Source: an uncultured Planctomycetales bacterium
GTDB lineage: Bacteria > Planctomycetota > Phycisphaerae > SM23-33
Length of the DNA stretch: 63,912 bases
NCBI GenBank assembly: GCA_965602635.1
Contig: CBFCZU010000002.1
Location: 1-63,912, forward strand
Direction: 5' to 3'
Position numbers and translations under genes: made by a program. Shown here in pieces: positions 62,862 through 63,912 of this stretch (the first letter of the stretch is position 1; every line of letters starts with the position of its first letter). The notes under the pieces are model-generated. The model made no database searches. It saw nothing but the letters and a program-made list of their open reading frames with translations, and was not told the DNA's origin.

Positions 62862-63401
62862 ATGAACGGACAGACATTATCGCAACTTGTCAGGTCGGCC
62901 CGCGAGGGCAACCTTGAAAGCTTCGGTCTGCTGTATGAGCGGTATTATGCAGCCATGGTCGGTGTTGCCTATTCGCTGCTGGGCGATCGCCACCTCGCCG
63001 AGGATGCCGCTCAGGAGGCGTTCGCGTCGGCCTGCGGGGACATCGCGCGGCTGAAGCGGCCCGAGAAGTTCGCAGGCTGGCTCAGGCAGATTTGCAGAAA
63101 CGTTGCGATAGACATTGTCAGGTCCCGCGCCCGTGGAGCGGCTGTCGTCAAGAACCTGTCGCCCCCAACGGCGAACGACGCAGACGGTCGGCCCGGCGAG
63201 GCTGTCCGGCGGGCTGTGATGGAACTCCCCCCACGAGGCAGGGAGGTGGTGCTGCTGCACTACTTCAGCGGCCTATCGTACGGGCAGATCGCCGAGACGA
63301 TTGGCGGTTCGGTCCATTCGGTTCGAGGCAGGCTATTTCGAGCAAGGCGAGAACTCGCGGCGAAGCTAAGCCGCGAAGGCACCTGCGGGAGCCAGCTATG
63401 A
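62862..63401 (+). CDS. RNA polymerase ECF-type sigma-70 factor
   Basis: Region 2: AEDAAQEAFASACGDIARLKRPEKFAGWLRQICRNVAIDIVR. Region 4: LLHYFSGLSYGQIAETIGGSVHSVRGRLFRARREL. A TTG at 62856 is an alternative start. Confidence 0.87.
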   Translation: MNGQTLSQLVRSAREGNLESFGLLYERYYAAMVGVAYSLLGDRHLAEDAAQEAFASACGDIARLKRPEKFAGWLRQICRNVAIDIVRSRARGAAVVKNLSPPTANDADGRPGEAVRRAVMELPPRGREVVLLHYFSGLSYGQIAETIGGSVHSVRGRLFRARRELAAKLSREGTCGSQL

Positions 63402-63912
63402 GACGGTATGAAGATGACAAAGAGTTGGATGGCGAGTTGGCAAGGGCATTGGGCTCTTCCAGGCCAAAGCCGGAGTTCAGCCAGTGGTGCCGCGAGCATC
63501 CACAGGCTGTCGAGATGCTGAGAACGTCGGCTTCTCGCAACGGCCGGGGCGACGCGGCACAACAGGTTATCCCAAGTCGGCGCGGCCACAGAACAATCAC
63601 AGGAAGGGTATTCACCATGAAACGCATATCACGATTAGCGGCAGCAATCATCATCGCAGCCGTCGCAGGGACGGCAGCGTTCCTTACACTCGGTAACGGC
63701 GGGACCTCTATCGCCTGGGCGGATGTGCAGGAGCAAATCCGCAACGCCCGGACCATGACACTTAAGGCGACCATGGAAATGGAAGGCATGCCTAAATGGA
63801 TGGAGAAGGCAGGCTTGGCCAACATGGAGATGAAGATGATGTTCAAGTCCCCAGGCTTGATGCGCCAGGAAATGGCGATGGGCCCTTCAAAGAGCATCAC
63901 GATTATGGACAT
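63398..63912 (+). CDS. putative anti-sigma factor (cytoplasmic N-terminus, one TM helix, periplasmic domain), 3' end outside the window
   Basis: Own translation from the ATG at 63398, which overlaps the sigma stop (ATGA): MRRYEDDKELDGELARALGSSRPKPEFSQWCREHPQAVEML...MKRISRLAAAIIIAAVAGTAAFLTL...IAWADVQEQIRNARTM... The frame is open to the window end. It is missing from the ORF track because no stop is reached. Confidence 0.6.
   Translation, partial: MRRYEDDKELDGELARALGSSRPKPEFSQWCREHPQAVEMLRTSASRNGRGDAAQQVIPSRRGHRTITGRVFTMKRISRLAAAIIIAAVAGTAAFLTLGNGGTSIAWADVQEQIRNARTMTLKATMEMEGMPKWMEKAGLANMEMKMMFKSPGLMRQEMAMGPSKSITIMD

Noticed and set aside
63265-63912. 215-aa minus-strand ORF at the right edge.
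   Set aside because: The plus-strand frame gives a coherent anti-sigma-like protein that is translationally coupled to the ECF sigma gene. The minus-strand product has no motif and no start context.

Overview
GC-rich bacterial chromosomal segment. Sampled 60-nt stretches: 47/60 G+C at 8641-8700, 32/60 at 13816-13875, 29/60 at 63601-63660. I call about 57 protein genes, one tmRNA (ssrA) and one gene fragment. I saw no rRNA, tRNA, CRISPR array, transposase or integrase. Gene content suggests a Planctomycetota (Phycisphaerae-like) organism (inference): three PEP-CTERM-anchored proteins, a prepilin-type N-terminus, five URO-D-family paralogs, three ECF sigma factors, a BlaI/BlaR1-like pair and a 1275-aa SecA. 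Housekeeping genes: glyQS, ligA, ndk, rpsO-pnp, a cold-shock gene, mutL, lipA, secA, asnA and a ComM/YifB-like ATPase. Accessory blocks: (i) a lower-GC patch at 12.1-16.5 kb with an ECF sigma, an unknown partner, a GNAT, an unknown protein and a sigma-region-4-only ORF; (ii) a tightly coupled five-gene URO-D/cupin operon (29.4-33.9 kb); (iii) a PEP-CTERM/pseudopilin/heparinase-like cluster (38.8-42.4 kb); (iv) a methyltransferase, nikR and DUF1846 run; (v) BlaI/BlaR1, a double zinc-ribbon protein and a large membrane protein; (vi) a carbohydrate-type cluster (55.8-62.4 kb). Most notable observations: an 83-aa stand-alone copy of the SecA zinc-finger tail translationally coupled to secA; SecA itself carries five tandem wing-like modules and a Cys-rich insert; a 103-nt near-identical BRCT segment is shared by ligA and the adjacent exonuclease gene; an Fe-ADH, linker-less E2 and lipA operon has no E1/E3 genes; a 94-nt duplicated gene fragment marks a composition junction near the right edge. 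All family names come from reading the translations and from memory of those families. No database search was run.
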